Part shown: in pieces, positions 44,803 to 58,519 of the stretch | Layout of the letters: every line of letters starts with the position of its first letter | How positions within the stretch are numbered: position 1 is the stretch's first letter | Assembly (NCBI GenBank): GCA_963693365.1 | Contig: CAVNZM010000002.1 | Span: 10,100,328 to 10,164,327, forward strand | Direction of reading: 5' to 3' | Length of the DNA: 64,000 bases | Origin: Amoebidium appalachense | Lineage: Eukaryota; Protista; Ichthyosporea | Program-made: the position numbers and the translations under genes | The notes under the pieces: generated by a model | The model's input: the letters and a program-made list of their open reading frames with translations, nothing else | Database searches by the model: none | What the model was told of the DNA's origin: nothing

Positions 44803-45077
44803 GAGAGAGGAGACTCGGGAGAGAGAGAGAGGTAGACGGAGATAGAGAGGGGAGGGGGGAGGGGGGAGAGAGAGATAGTGATAGAGAGAGTGTGTGTGTG
44901 ATAGAGAGAGAGAGACTTGAGTTCGAGAGAGGGAGAGGGAGAGGGGGGGGGGGAGAGAGGGGGGGGGAGAGAGAGAGAGAGAGAGGGGGGGGGGGAGGGA
45001 GAGGAGGGGGGGGGGGGGGGGGGGAAGAGAGAGAGAGAGAGAGAGGAAAGAGAGAGAGCCTCGGGGAGAGAGAAAGC

Positions 45078-45167
<90 letters not shown>
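44118..45167. repeat. (GA)n tract containing a ~65-bp higher-order unit (GAGACTCTGAGAGAGAGGAGAGAGACTCTACTATCACACACACACGCACACAA) repeated about 5 times
   Basis: The unit recurs between ~44157 and ~44520 and is followed by pure GA/G runs. Confidence 0.85.
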
Positions 45168-45169
<2 letters not shown>

Positions 45170-45471
45170 CACCCTTCTCAGACTGACTGTCCGGCATTCC
45201 TGCATGCTATCAGATATACCATAAGTGAGTAGATCTTTTTATCCGCTGACATACACAGTGTTACTATTGAATCCAAAAAAGCAGTGACGCACGCACACAT
45301 ACACATATGCCCCCAAACACACAAGCAACAAACAAGGAACCCACATATGCATGCGCGCACGCACACACACAGTACTGTCACACTGACGTGTCACCTATAG
45401 CTACACACACACCTTACACATACACACACATTAATACTTCCCCCCCCCTCCCCCCCCCCCCCCCCCAACCC

Positions 45472-45517
<46 letters not shown>

Positions 45518-45898
45518 CCTCCCCGGTGCCCCTTTAACCAAACAGCAAATGTTAACGAAGAAAGCCCCAGGTCTCGGCTATAAATAGTTCAAAACTGAGT
45601 CCCCAACTAGTTGGCTGTCTTCCCCTCCCCCCCTCCCCCCCCCTCCAACTCCACTCGTGCTCCCCCTCCTCCCCCCCCCCCCCCCCCCCCTTAATTACTT
45701 GAGGCTCAAATTCTCGCACGTTTTTCTCACATTGTGCACGAGGCTCACATCCGCACAGGTGCCATGAAGCCGGGCCATGGCTATGAGGCAGAACACTTAA
45801 AATTAATAACTTTGCTCTTTGCCCCATGCATGGAAGTTGCCTCTGGCGCTGTTGCCAGTGGTCAAAGCAGTACCGGATTCACCTCAATGTTCAAGAGG

Positions 45899-45995
45899 TA
45901 TACAGTACGATCTGTGTCTAGCCGGAAGACGGTAAGCTCCCCTGAGGCAGTGCCTCGCCGGGAGTGAAACGGGATAAAATAAAAAAAATAAAAAA
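45899..45995 (+). mobile_element. 5'-truncated non-LTR retroelement insertion with A-rich tail and 15-bp target-site duplication
   Basis: TCAATGTTCAAGAGG occurs at 45884-45898 and 45996-46010. The insert ends GGGATAAAATAAAAAAAATAAAAAA and is homologous to 13699-13841. Confidence 0.85.
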
Positions 45996-46055
45996 TCAAT
46001 GTTCAAGAGGCATAAGTTGAACTTGTGGGTGCACACCGGCGGGGAACTGAGGGGC

Positions 46056-46102
<47 letters not shown>

Positions 46103-47373
46103 GGAAGATGGGGGAGGGGCCCCATCATGTGACTCCAAGGACCTTGCCAACGCCCGACATCGGAGGGCCGCGGGGGTGGGGGTGGGGGTGGGGGGGGGGG
46201 GGGGGGGGGGGACCGGGCCACTGATCACTGATCATCAGTAGGGGAATAGATATTTGACAAATGTACAAGACACAGAGCCCCAAAAATATCAATAATACTG
46301 TACTAGTAGTAGATCTAGAAGATACAACACTGATCTACTACGTACATGTGCACCCCTATAAGACTATATTGATGGTGGCCTTTACTATACGGATATGTAA
46401 TCATAGCAGAAATAATAAAACAAGCTTTTCAAGCCTTATATAATAATCGATTGCACCTGTGGGTCACGCGGCCACCGTCACGCAACCTTACCACCGTGGT
46501 CCCCTGGATTGCACGACGATGACGGCGATCACAGCGTGCACGTGTATGTTACGGTACATTTTGATATGCACATGCATGTATAATATGTTGACATATAGCA
46601 AGTTTCATAATGTTAGACACAAAGAGGACTGTTTGATATATTACGAATAGTAGGCTGGACAGTGGACACCCTATTTCAGTGTTGCTGGTGCGTTTTTAGC
46701 ACGTGCGTTTTATAGTTAGGGAATTCATGAATTCAGACAGCCAGTGCGACACCTTTTGAACACTCAAAAATTGACTATACAATATGTAGGAATATCAGTG
46801 AATTTTTGGCGGTGCGGACCAAAAAACATATGTATTATGAAAAAATAAAATTAACAATAATAAAAAAGACGCTTTGTAAGCAACCCGCCCGTCGTTCGTG
46901 TATTTTTTCTTCCATAAAATTTTTATTATTATTATTATTTAGCTGCATTTGATTGGCTGCGCTGGAAAATGCAGTAGGCCGTCGAGTGTGGCTTGCCCCC
47001 CGGCCGCCGGCAGTGTCCACGCAATAAAAAGTTTGTAAATCCCTTTTATTATCATTCTTCTTATTATTATTTGGACCCCCCAGATCAGGTCTAGATATAT
47101 GTCTAGATATACATCATGAAACTTCACCATGCCAAATCCACACATTTTTGTCCCTGTCAGATATGCACAAACCAAAAATATAGTTTGTGCATAAGTCTCC
47201 AACACACAGACAAACATGTGCTCTAGCAAGTACAAGCAGATCAGGATGTTCTAGAAGTTATTAGCGGTATTCTCGAACAGGTTATACGTATACGTATATG
47301 CATGACTCCTCCTTTCTGAGAACGCAGCCCCCACCACGTGCGGTGACCCGTGAGACATACCTGCCTGTTCACG

Positions 47374-50300
47374 ATGGTCCGCTCCAAATTTAGATTGAGC
47401 CTACACCACTCTCTACTACTATTTTTTTTGGTAGGATGCCACTGCCTTGCGGAAAACATCTCACCAACTATCATTGTTCCAGTTGGTAAGGGCACGTTAT
47501 CCGCAGCCATTCGTGCTGCCCAGGCAGGGGCGGTGCTGAAACTGTCCGAGGGAGAGTACACGGAGGTCGGGCCTTTGGTCATAACACAAGCAGTTTCTTT
47601 GACGGGGCAGGGCAACAGGACAGTGATTGCTGTTAAACCGACGTCCCAAAACCCCAGCGTTCTGCTGGAAGCCACCACACTCTCTGTGAGTCTGGATGGT
47701 GTGTTGATCAAAGCGGCAGACGGCGGAGCGGCCAGCACGTGTGCACCCGAAGAGCCCTTTTCAACTACAACCACCCTTTCCGATGAGTGGCCCCTTGCCC
47801 TGCCCCGCTCGGCCGTACGTGGGGATTTTATGTCCATAAGAGCGGAGCTTCCCCCGTGGCGTGCACGGCAGATGCTCGTGGGTGTAACGGTAGGCAGTTG
47901 CACACGCAGTTTTTCAATCTTCGGTGATGATGACGATAACGGGGGTGATGGTGCACATGCTACCCAATTGTCAGAGGATCCCCAACTTTCTACCGATATA
48001 TCTCCCCTTACCAATGCCTCCCTTCGTCTGCAAATCACACGGGGGTGCACTGGTGTGGTAACCTTCGACCTTCCTTTGCGCGAGACTGCCAGAGTGTGCG
48101 GGTTCCGTGAAAAACATGGGGACAGCCCCACGGGCAGCGGTGTGGCGCGGTACGACACAACAGTTAACTTTGCGGTGCAGGACAGGGTACAGTATGCCCG
48201 ACCCGGATTGCCTCTGTTTAGCGCAATCACCACACACTCGACGGCAAAGGGGCGCCTGCAGATCTTCGTTAGCAGCAGCCGCAATGTCTCGGCCACTACG
48301 CACGTGCTTTCACCCTTTGCCGTTGATGATGTCTCAGCCTCACTAGCCCGATTGGATCTGATGGCGGTCGTAGGCAACACGACTGGAACCGTCATTGCCG
48401 TAGCCCTGAAAATACCGCAATCGCTGGCCGTAGAACTGGGCGCCACTAGCACAATCTCTTTTGTGTCCGACACCCATTCTGGCTCCGGAATCTCGCCAAC
48501 ACCCATCCGGTGGACGGCTGTGTCCGGGTGTAGTGACGACCCTGCTTGTGACGTTTTGCTGACTTTCACGATGGGTGGGTGTGCCCGCGCAGGCACCTAC
48601 GAGATTGGGCCTGTCCCTGTGGGATGCAACGGCGGTGACTCAACGTGCACGCTCACTGGCACGGCACACGTCAATGTGTCGTTATCATTGGCAGGCGGTG
48701 GACTTTGCGAGGGCAACGGCACCGCGCCGGCGGCACGGTTCAACATAAGCGCAAGAACCATGGAGGATGCCACGTATAACAAGCCACGAGTAGCGAGTAG
48801 TGCGAACGGCGGTGCACTGGTGTTTCCTCTTGGCCAAACGGCTTATTGGGCTCTAGCTATTGCTCCATCACGGCCCAACTCTCACATACGTTTGCTTCAT
48901 GCGCGTGTCGTTTCGTGGACTGCAAACACCACGGGAACGTGCAGCGATAGTAACGGCACTGCCCGCACCAACAACGTCACGGCCTTCGACCAACGGTATG
49001 GCGACACGAACGGCGTCCCCGTCGTAACAATTCCAACCCGCCTCAATGCCGAAATTGCATGCCCTTTACCCACTTCCAGCAACAGCCAGGTACGTTTGCG
49101 GGTTAAGTTTAATATTTTGGTCGAGTATGTGGATGACGGGCTGTCGGTCGTCACCGACATGTTGGGCAACGTCGCCACGTCGAATCAGGGCAGCAGCGCA
49201 AATACGCGACGAGAGGCAGATACGACGGGTGGTGGTAGGAGCGGAGGGGCAGAATGGTGGGCGAGAACGACTATGGAGACGGTGGAGGAAGATGTAGTGG
49301 TTGTCTATGCGAAACAAGATGCCGACGATTATAACAACCCGAGACTGGCCGGGGAGCAAAGTGCTTCGGCTACAGGGGCCTCGGCTAGCAACTCCACAAC
49401 GATCATTGTGGCGTCCGTGTGTGGGGTCCTCGGTGCGTGCTGTCTAGGGTGTTTTTGCTTGGTAGTTACTGTTGCCTGCCGCAGGCGTCAGCGGGTAAAA
49501 CAGGATCCTAAATTCGAGATTAACAAGAGCACAGAACCCCTCCGGAGCTGCCTTGTGCTGAGGGAGAACGATTACAGTGACCCCTTCCAGCTGCAATATG
49601 GTATTTCTTCGATGTCTGCAAGCGGTGACCAACTACCCTGCCTGGCCAACCACACTGGCATGGTGCGCAGTAATACTATGTCCCAGCTCTCCCTTGCCTC
49701 TGGCGCCGTCCCAAGCGCACTGAATGCCAGCACCATCCAGCGTGTGCACAGCGCCTCATGGGCCGTGTTACCTCAAGCAACCCCCAATGGCATACTTGGC
49801 ACACCTGCGCACATAGCGCAAGGCAGCCTGCGGGCGCATATGCAACAACCACTAAGTTACAACTCTGCAACAATTTCGAACTCTCCGGGCCGTTTTGTGC
49901 GCGCACCCGTCGAGGCCTTACCCACGGCGAGCATGTCGACAGACTTTGCCCAGTTTGTTTATGGGGGGGTCACAGCTTCACCAACCGGCCTTTCCGGCGT
50001 TGCAAACAGCATCATGACGCCCAGGCCGCCAAGCAGGGGCCGCACAGGCACTTCCACACTGTGTAGTCCAAACAGAGGGGCCGGACAGGTCGGAGTACGG
50101 AGGGGTTGCGGCCTAAGATCTTCTTCAATGGATAGTTTGGCCGTTGCACGTCATCACTCTGCCGGCAGCCCCGCAGCTGTTCGAATTCCTAGCCCTGCTC
50201 AAGCCACGACATTTACGTTCCCGCCTGTTTCCGGGCCAACTGTGTTCCCCCGCGTTTCCACCACCCCTACGATTCATAGTATGTCTCAGCCTGTGCCAGC

Positions 50301-50484
50301 CTACCAGTTGCAGCAACACGGGGGTGTTTCTCACGCGAGCAGCAACCTAAGTCTCGGAATGGCAAATTCCGTCTCGGCACAGAACAGGTCCGGCAGCAAC
50401 ATGATCACTGTGCAGTCCCCAAGACCAACAGTAACAATGATGGCCCCCCAAAACCGCCCGCTAGGGTCGAGGAGCATGCAGTGA
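47374..50484 (+). CDS. Intronless type-I membrane glycoprotein, 1036 aa, paralogue of 27961-33045 (beta-helix-type start, ZP-like ectodomain, Cys-rich TM, long Ser/Pro/Thr-rich tail)
   Basis: 3.1-kb non-repetitive ORF with first ATG at 47374. Signal peptide SLLLFFLVGCHCLA. TLSAAIRAAQAGAVLKLSEGEY is typical of right-handed beta-helix starts. Many NxS/T sites. TM IIVASVCGVLGACCLGCFCLVVTVAC followed by RRRQR. Collinear with the minus-strand gene. Confidence 0.92.
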   Translation: MVRSKFRLSLHHSLLLFFLVGCHCLAENISPTIIVPVGKGTLSAAIRAAQAGAVLKLSEGEYTEVGPLVITQAVSLTGQGNRTVIAVKPTSQNPSVLLEATTLSVSLDGVLIKAADGGAASTCAPEEPFSTTTTLSDEWPLALPRSAVRGDFMSIRAELPPWRARQMLVGVTVGSCTRSFSIFGDDDDNGGDGAHATQLSEDPQLSTDISPLTNASLRLQITRGCTGVVTFDLPLRETARVCGFREKHGDSPTGSGVARYDTTVNFAVQDRVQYARPGLPLFSAITTHSTAKGRLQIFVSSSRNVSATTHVLSPFAVDDVSASLARLDLMAVVGNTTGTVIAVALKIPQSLAVELGATSTISFVSDTHSGSGISPTPIRWTAVSGCSDDPACDVLLTFTMGGCARAGTYEIGPVPVGCNGGDSTCTLTGTAHVNVSLSLAGGGLCEGNGTAPAARFNISARTMEDATYNKPRVASSANGGALVFPLGQTAYWALAIAPSRPNSHIRLLHARVVSWTANTTGTCSDSNGTARTNNVTAFDQRYGDTNGVPVVTIPTRLNAEIACPLPTSSNSQVRLRVKFNILVEYVDDGLSVVTDMLGNVATSNQGSSANTRREADTTGGGRSGGAEWWARTTMETVEEDVVVVYAKQDADDYNNPRLAGEQSASATGASASNSTTIIVASVCGVLGACCLGCFCLVVTVACRRRQRVKQDPKFEINKSTEPLRSCLVLRENDYSDPFQLQYGISSMSASGDQLPCLANHTGMVRSNTMSQLSLASGAVPSALNASTIQRVHSASWAVLPQATPNGILGTPAHIAQGSLRAHMQQPLSYNSATISNSPGRFVRAPVEALPTASMSTDFAQFVYGGVTASPTGLSGVANSIMTPRPPSRGRTGTSTLCSPNRGAGQVGVRRGCGLRSSSMDSLAVARHHSAGSPAAVRIPSPAQATTFTFPPVSGPTVFPRVSTTPTIHSMSQPVPAYQLQQHGGVSHASSNLSLGMANSVSAQNRSGSNMITVQSPRPTVTMMAPQNRPLGSRSMQ

Positions 50485-51484
50485 TTCATTGGCCTGGCAG
50501 AGCAGCGATGCACATAGAGAAATAGCCAGGTTTCCGAAGTTAATTCTATATGCGAGAAATATAATTTAAAGCTTTAGTAGCATGTGAGGGAGATTTTAAC
50601 GGGGGAAATGTTGGGTATTGTGGGTAGACACAGGCTCAAAACGTAATGATAAGGCGACCAGGCTAGTTGGTGCTGGATATTATTTAAAAGAAAGTATGCA
50701 AGTATGAAGGCATATTAGTGCAAACATAGTTGGTGTCCATTGGCCATAGTTATAGCTGAGGTGAATGATTAGTCTCCAGTGCAACAATGTTAGCAAGGCG
50801 GTTTTAATTATTATCATCAATTATCATGTTCTTTGATGCGTGGCCCGGTAACTGATAAACGTCGAGTTTTGTGGTGGTGTTGTAATCTCGGGAAGACCAT
50901 AGCCATGCCTCTTTTAAAAAATTTATTATACGTTATATTGCGCTACTACGGAGAGGTGTTTTCTGACTCGGAGCCTCGTGCCCACAACAACATACTCCAG
51001 TGCCAGTGACTGTGTTTTTGCACCACTGAGCTGGGTGGGGTGGTGCAAATGACTTCTATCCAATCATGTGACAGCCAAACACGACCACCAACCCTTTCCC
51101 AGAATTGTGGTGCAATCATAAAACTCCATCCGTTCGTGAATAATGCCTCAACCCCCCCCCCCCAAAAAAAAAATAAAGACTTCCACCCAAATACATTCAG
51201 CATCCCCCCCCCCCCCTTCCCCTCCCCTTCCCCAGCCATGTTTGCATCCCTGCTCCTCCTCCCTGCTCCTTTCCCTCGTGGCATCTCCAAAGTTTCACAG
51301 GCACCCACATACAACCTTGGGTTTCTTGCCCCTCCTTCAACGTTCTTTTGATATTTGTTTTTCTCTTCTAGCTTTAACCTTACTTGCTATGATCCCACTC
51401 TTAGATCGACAATCCCCTTGTGCATTCAAAGCGACCCACAGCTCACATCATGCCCCCCCCCTTCCCCCCTCCCCCCTCTCCCCC

Positions 51485-51519
<35 letters not shown>

Positions 51520-51957
51520 GTGCCCCCCGCCCCTTCCGCCTAGTCTCCCCCCCTCCCCCCTTCCCCCTTCCCCCCTTCCCCCCAACCCCTCCCCCCACTT
51601 CCCCAGTCGGTGCATTCGAGGTGAGACTTTAGATTTGCTAAAGACACTTCGAAGTATGCAACATTAATGATTTCATTCTAATTCTATATGCTGGTCATTT
51701 TATTCACATTATTCCGTACGACGAACCCTCTCTCGCATTCTCTCGCATCCGATTGGACAAAACACGATCCGATGACGTAAAATCAGGGGGGAACGATTCG
51801 ATCCCCGGGCGATATAGAAGGGGCCGTTAGGCCCATCTAGCGGGGGGTTGGGGGGGCGATTAATTATCGAATACTGTTTTTTGAGCGGCTTATGTGAGTG
51901 ATCTCCCTATACCTAGGGGCCTCCGTCGCACGGGCTTACCTTCCTACTCTTCTATCC

Positions 51958-52557
51958 TTGGCATTTCCCCCTCATGCATTCAAATCCTCCCACCTTTCCT
52001 CTATCCCTACCCAGTCACCCCCCCCCCCCACCACCCCACCCCATCAAAATAGAACAAAGAAGTAAACGAAAGTTAACAACAGGCTCATGGCACTATTGAT
52101 TGCTTGAAACAACACACACACACTTACGCACACACACTCACGTGCACGCGCGCGCGCACATACACAGGCGCACGAAGGGACGTGACGGATTCAAGCACCC
52201 ACGCACGCACGCACCCCTCCCCCGCCATGTTTGCATCCAATCACACACAACTCCCTCCCCTCACCCCCCACCCCCCTCCCCCCCTCCCCCATGACTTTCG
52301 AAACTCACCCAATAACTTTCAGCGCCCACCCCCCTCCACCCTGCAGTTTACCCAATCAAAACACGAATATTGAACCCCCCCCCCCCCCCCCCCCGGAGAA
52401 AGGGGGGGGGGGGGGGGGGGAGGGTTTCTAAGCCTGTGTGAATCGGCAACAGCACTCCACAGGCCATCACCCAAAGTTGGTAACCTTCCCACTCTTGGCC
52501 AGCAAGTGAATAACCCCCCCTCCCTCCCCTTTCCCCCTCCCCCCCCCCCCCCCCTTC

Positions 52558-52602
<45 letters not shown>

Positions 52603-52880
52603 CCCCCGCCCCTTCCGCCTACGACTTCGGGTTTACTATAAGAGGCTTCGAAGTATGCAACATGGATAATTTATCATCATGCTTTTCACTTTATTTCCTA
52701 TTCTTCTATCTTTGGCATTTTCCCCTCGTGCATTCAAATCCACCCACCTTTCCTCCCTCCTTACCCAATCCCCCCCTCTCCCCACCCCCACCAAAATAAA
52801 AATGAAATAAAATAAAAAACAGGCACATGGCATCCAGGGGTCCACTATTGTGCGCTTTGAAACAACACACACACACTTAA
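51958..52880. repeat. Local diverged duplication (51958-52128 vs 52712-52880; also 51517-51664 vs 52597-52663)
   Basis: Shared blocks TTGGCATTT.CCCCTC.TGCATTCAAATCC, AACAGGC.CATGGCA, TTGAAACAACACACACACACTTA and CTTCGAAGTATGCAACAT. Confidence 0.7.
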
Positions 52881-53341
52881 GTACATGCACGAACGTGCGC
52901 GCACACACACACACGCATGCGCACACACACGCATCCGCACACAGCTCCGTGACGGACCCAAAAACCCACGCACACACGCTTGCACCCGCACACGCACGAA
53001 CACACGCACACACTCACACATTCAGATTCACAAGCACACACACACGTACCCATGTACGAACGAACGAATGCATGCACGCATACAAACACACACACAAGCA
53101 CGCACTATGGACACACACTAGACACAAGAAAATCTTCGCACGTGCGCAAACCCATACACCCACACGCCTGCACACAGACACACACGCACAACCATACATT
53201 CGCACATGCACTCACACAAAGAAAAAAAGGTGCATGCACCAAATCCATGTGTCCACACGTCATAGAGTGGTGGTTGATGAGCGAAAAACCTTTTTCTACA
53301 CTCAGGGCTTACCACGGGGAAGCAGAGGCCTAAAAAAACTG

Positions 53342-53373
<32 letters not shown>

Positions 53374-53646
53374 GGCTGAAAATCTTCTTAAAACAGCTTT
53401 TTGACTTTTAGACTGGGCAGCTATTGCCAAGGAATTGGGAAGGGGGAGGGGGAGGGGGAGGGGGGGAGGGGGGATGTGTTATATGTTTAGTTTCACGTTG
53501 CCAGAAATGTTCAATCCAAATCTATGGATTCTGGTCTTGCATGACCTTGGACCAACCATATCTTTGAATTTTGTTTCTGTTTGATCTCCTGGCCAAGCAA
53601 GATATCCGCCTAAATGTGTTTTACATACCAAGAGTCTTGATAGTAG

Positions 53647-54745
<1,099 letters not shown>

Positions 54746-55667
54746 CGGCCTTATCCCTTCCCGCACATATGGAAGGAGGAGTTTGAACCATGCAACTCAT
54801 GCTGAACGTCAAAAAGACTATATATTTTCTATGCGCTTTACTTGTGCATGGCCAACAATTTGCTTTTTTTTGACCCCCGTAGTTAAGCTCATACATGCAG
54901 CTTTTGCAAGCTTTACAGAAGAATTCTCGTTTTTGGCATATCTCGTTGGATATGCGGTGAAGCTGTATCAGCAACTATCTCGTTGTTAGGCTATGGCACC
55001 TAATGCAAAACGAATACACCTAAAACACTTAGGAAATGATGATGGAGCTTACGCTGTTTACTCGGAAGCAAAGAGAGACCAGTACTAATCGCAGTTAGGG
55101 GGAGGGAGGGGGGGGGGGGGGGGGGGGGGGTTGCTCGGTATATCCCTTTATCGTTGTATCAGAGGTACATGGAGTTCGGGTGATGATTGTGTATCAGGAT
55201 TATCTTAGTCCATGAAGTACCGTACAAACTGAGAAGAAAATCATTTGGTTGGGTTCCCCCCCCCCCCCCCCCCCCCCCTTTTTTTTTTGATAGCCCCCCC
55301 CCCCCCCCCCCCCCCCCCCCCAACCCCCCCTGCTTCCTCCCTTCCCTCTCCCTCTCCATATCCCTATCCCCCCAAACCCCCCTCTATTCCCCCCCCCCCC
55401 CCCCCCCCCCCTTCCTCCAGGGCTCCTTAGGACCGTGAAGTTTAGGTGAAATGCAACTCCATGTATTATAAGACTTTCGCATTCTGGGTGAAACAAGCCG
55501 AACACCCGCATTATAGATACTTGCACAAAACCAATGAGAGCCCGATTTAGTAACACGGCTATACATAAATAGCACTGGAGTCACAAGTTCTTGGTTCAAA
55601 AACATCCGAAAACATCGGATTCTTGTCACACACACACCCCCTCCCCTTCCCCCCCCCTCCCCCCCCC

Positions 55668-55702
<35 letters not shown>

Positions 55703-55762
55703 TTCTCCCCCCAGGGCCTCTCCGTCACCATCCGGCCCGAGAGTATGATAACTACGGCACAC

Positions 55763-55794
<32 letters not shown>

Positions 55795-56423
55795 CGGGCA
55801 CACACAGTCGGCACATTGGTATTGTGCCCGTGTGTGTGTGTGGGTATGTGTACGTTTGTTATCGTATGTGTGGAGGTGTGTTCCCCGTGTCCACCCACCC
55901 TCCCCATCCCCCTCACCACCACCACCTCTCTAGGCTCAATTACGTATTTCATATTTGAAGTTACCTACTCTAATGCACAGTGCATTCAATTTGGCAAGGG
56001 TCTAACCTGTTTCCAAGTAAGTTCTTCAGATTTTGCTGCACAAATGAGCAACTAGTGTATTTTGAATGCCAATAAATGAAGTAAGCAACAAGAAGTCCCA
56101 ATTTTTTTAAAGAACAACAATTAATAAAATGAATGTTTTGGAGGAGAGTAAAAGAAGGGCTAGGCGGGAGGGGGGGGGGGGGGGGGGGGCATGATGATAG
56201 AGTGTTGTATGTTAAGATAATCTCATCATGTGCACCCCTTTGAGTGATCAACTGAGAATTAACTGGCCCAAACTCGGTAGCCCATCGAGGCACAAGGGGA
56301 AACCACGTTACGGCCTCCTTTTCTTCTCTTTCTTTTTTTCCGTCTTTCTGTTTTCTTTTTTCTTTTTTCTTTTTCCTTTTTTCCTTTTTTTTTTTTTTTT
56401 TTTTTTTTTGGTGGTGGTGGTGT

Positions 56424-56459
<36 letters not shown>

Positions 56460-56564
56460 TGCACTCACTATATCATTAGCTAATACGCATGGCTGCATCC
56501 GGATGTAAACGTGCACAAGTGCACACACGGACCGCCTTCGATAAGTGGCGTACACAGTGCCACG

Positions 56565-57509
<945 letters not shown>

Positions 57510-57692
57510 AACACTCTCCCCTTCCCCCCTCCCCTCCCTTCCTCTCCCCCCTGCAGTTTCCCCATTCGTTTGTACACCCACACCCACCCCGTTTCCCCTC
57601 CTCAGTGGCTTTCTCTGTATATGCCAAGTCCAACCAGAAGATACTGAATGGGTATGGAAGAGATGGGTGCCCCCGGGGGGAGGGGAGAGAGG

Positions 57693-57730
<38 letters not shown>

Positions 57731-58519
57731 ACATAGCAAAGAGTGTGTTATACTATATTGCAGGCAGCAAATGAACCTTAATTGTCGGTCATAAATTAAT
57801 GTTGCACTTTAGGAATTTTTTTTTTGAATTAAGTATCTAAGGCATTTAGTGTGCTTGGTGTTTTCTTTCTCCGGGGAGGCAGTCTGAGAGCGGGAATGTG
57901 TAAAGCTGGTGCATGCACAAAGCCCAAAGCCGTGTGGTGGCTTCCACAACTGATTTTTTGGGGGGCTCTTTTTTCTTTCTAAAAGCTGATGTTTGTTTTT
58001 GTTTGGGGGAGGGGGGAGGGGGGTCTTCTTTCTTTTTGTTTCTTGGGGCGTATGTGCGGTGGTGGAGGCGAGGCCTGGGGGGGGGGGGGGGGGGAGGAAG
58101 GGAGACTCGAGGGGGGGGGAGGGGGGGAGGGGGTTATTCTCGTTGAACCGTTGGAAATTCAAATGTCCTGAGATGGTTTTTTGGGTGTGTTTGTGCGTGT
58201 GTTTTTGTATGTGTGCATGTTTGCGTTGCGGACAAAGCGCCCCACAAAGCCGAGGAGGGGGGGGGGGGGGGGGGGGGGAGGGGAGGGAGGGAGGGAGGGA
58301 GGGAGGGAGGGGTTTCTAGGCGCACATAAAGATGTGTTACAGAGCACGAAGTGCATGCTTGGACGGACAGAACAATGAGGGGAAGGGGGGAAAGGGGAGG
58401 GGGGAGCGGGGAGGGGGGGGCGCATCAGGATATTCAAGCTACAAACCGTGGGCTCTTGATTCAAGTTGTTTGTTTTCTGTGAAAACTGTTGTGCACTCAA
58501 CACATCTTCCAACAAATGG

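Noticed and set aside
47241-48596. 451-aa antisense ORF overlapping the 1036-aa gene (also 28640-29395, 41920-42480 and 42704-43156)
   Set aside because: These are shadow ORFs of GC-rich coding exons, with no motifs and no independent support.
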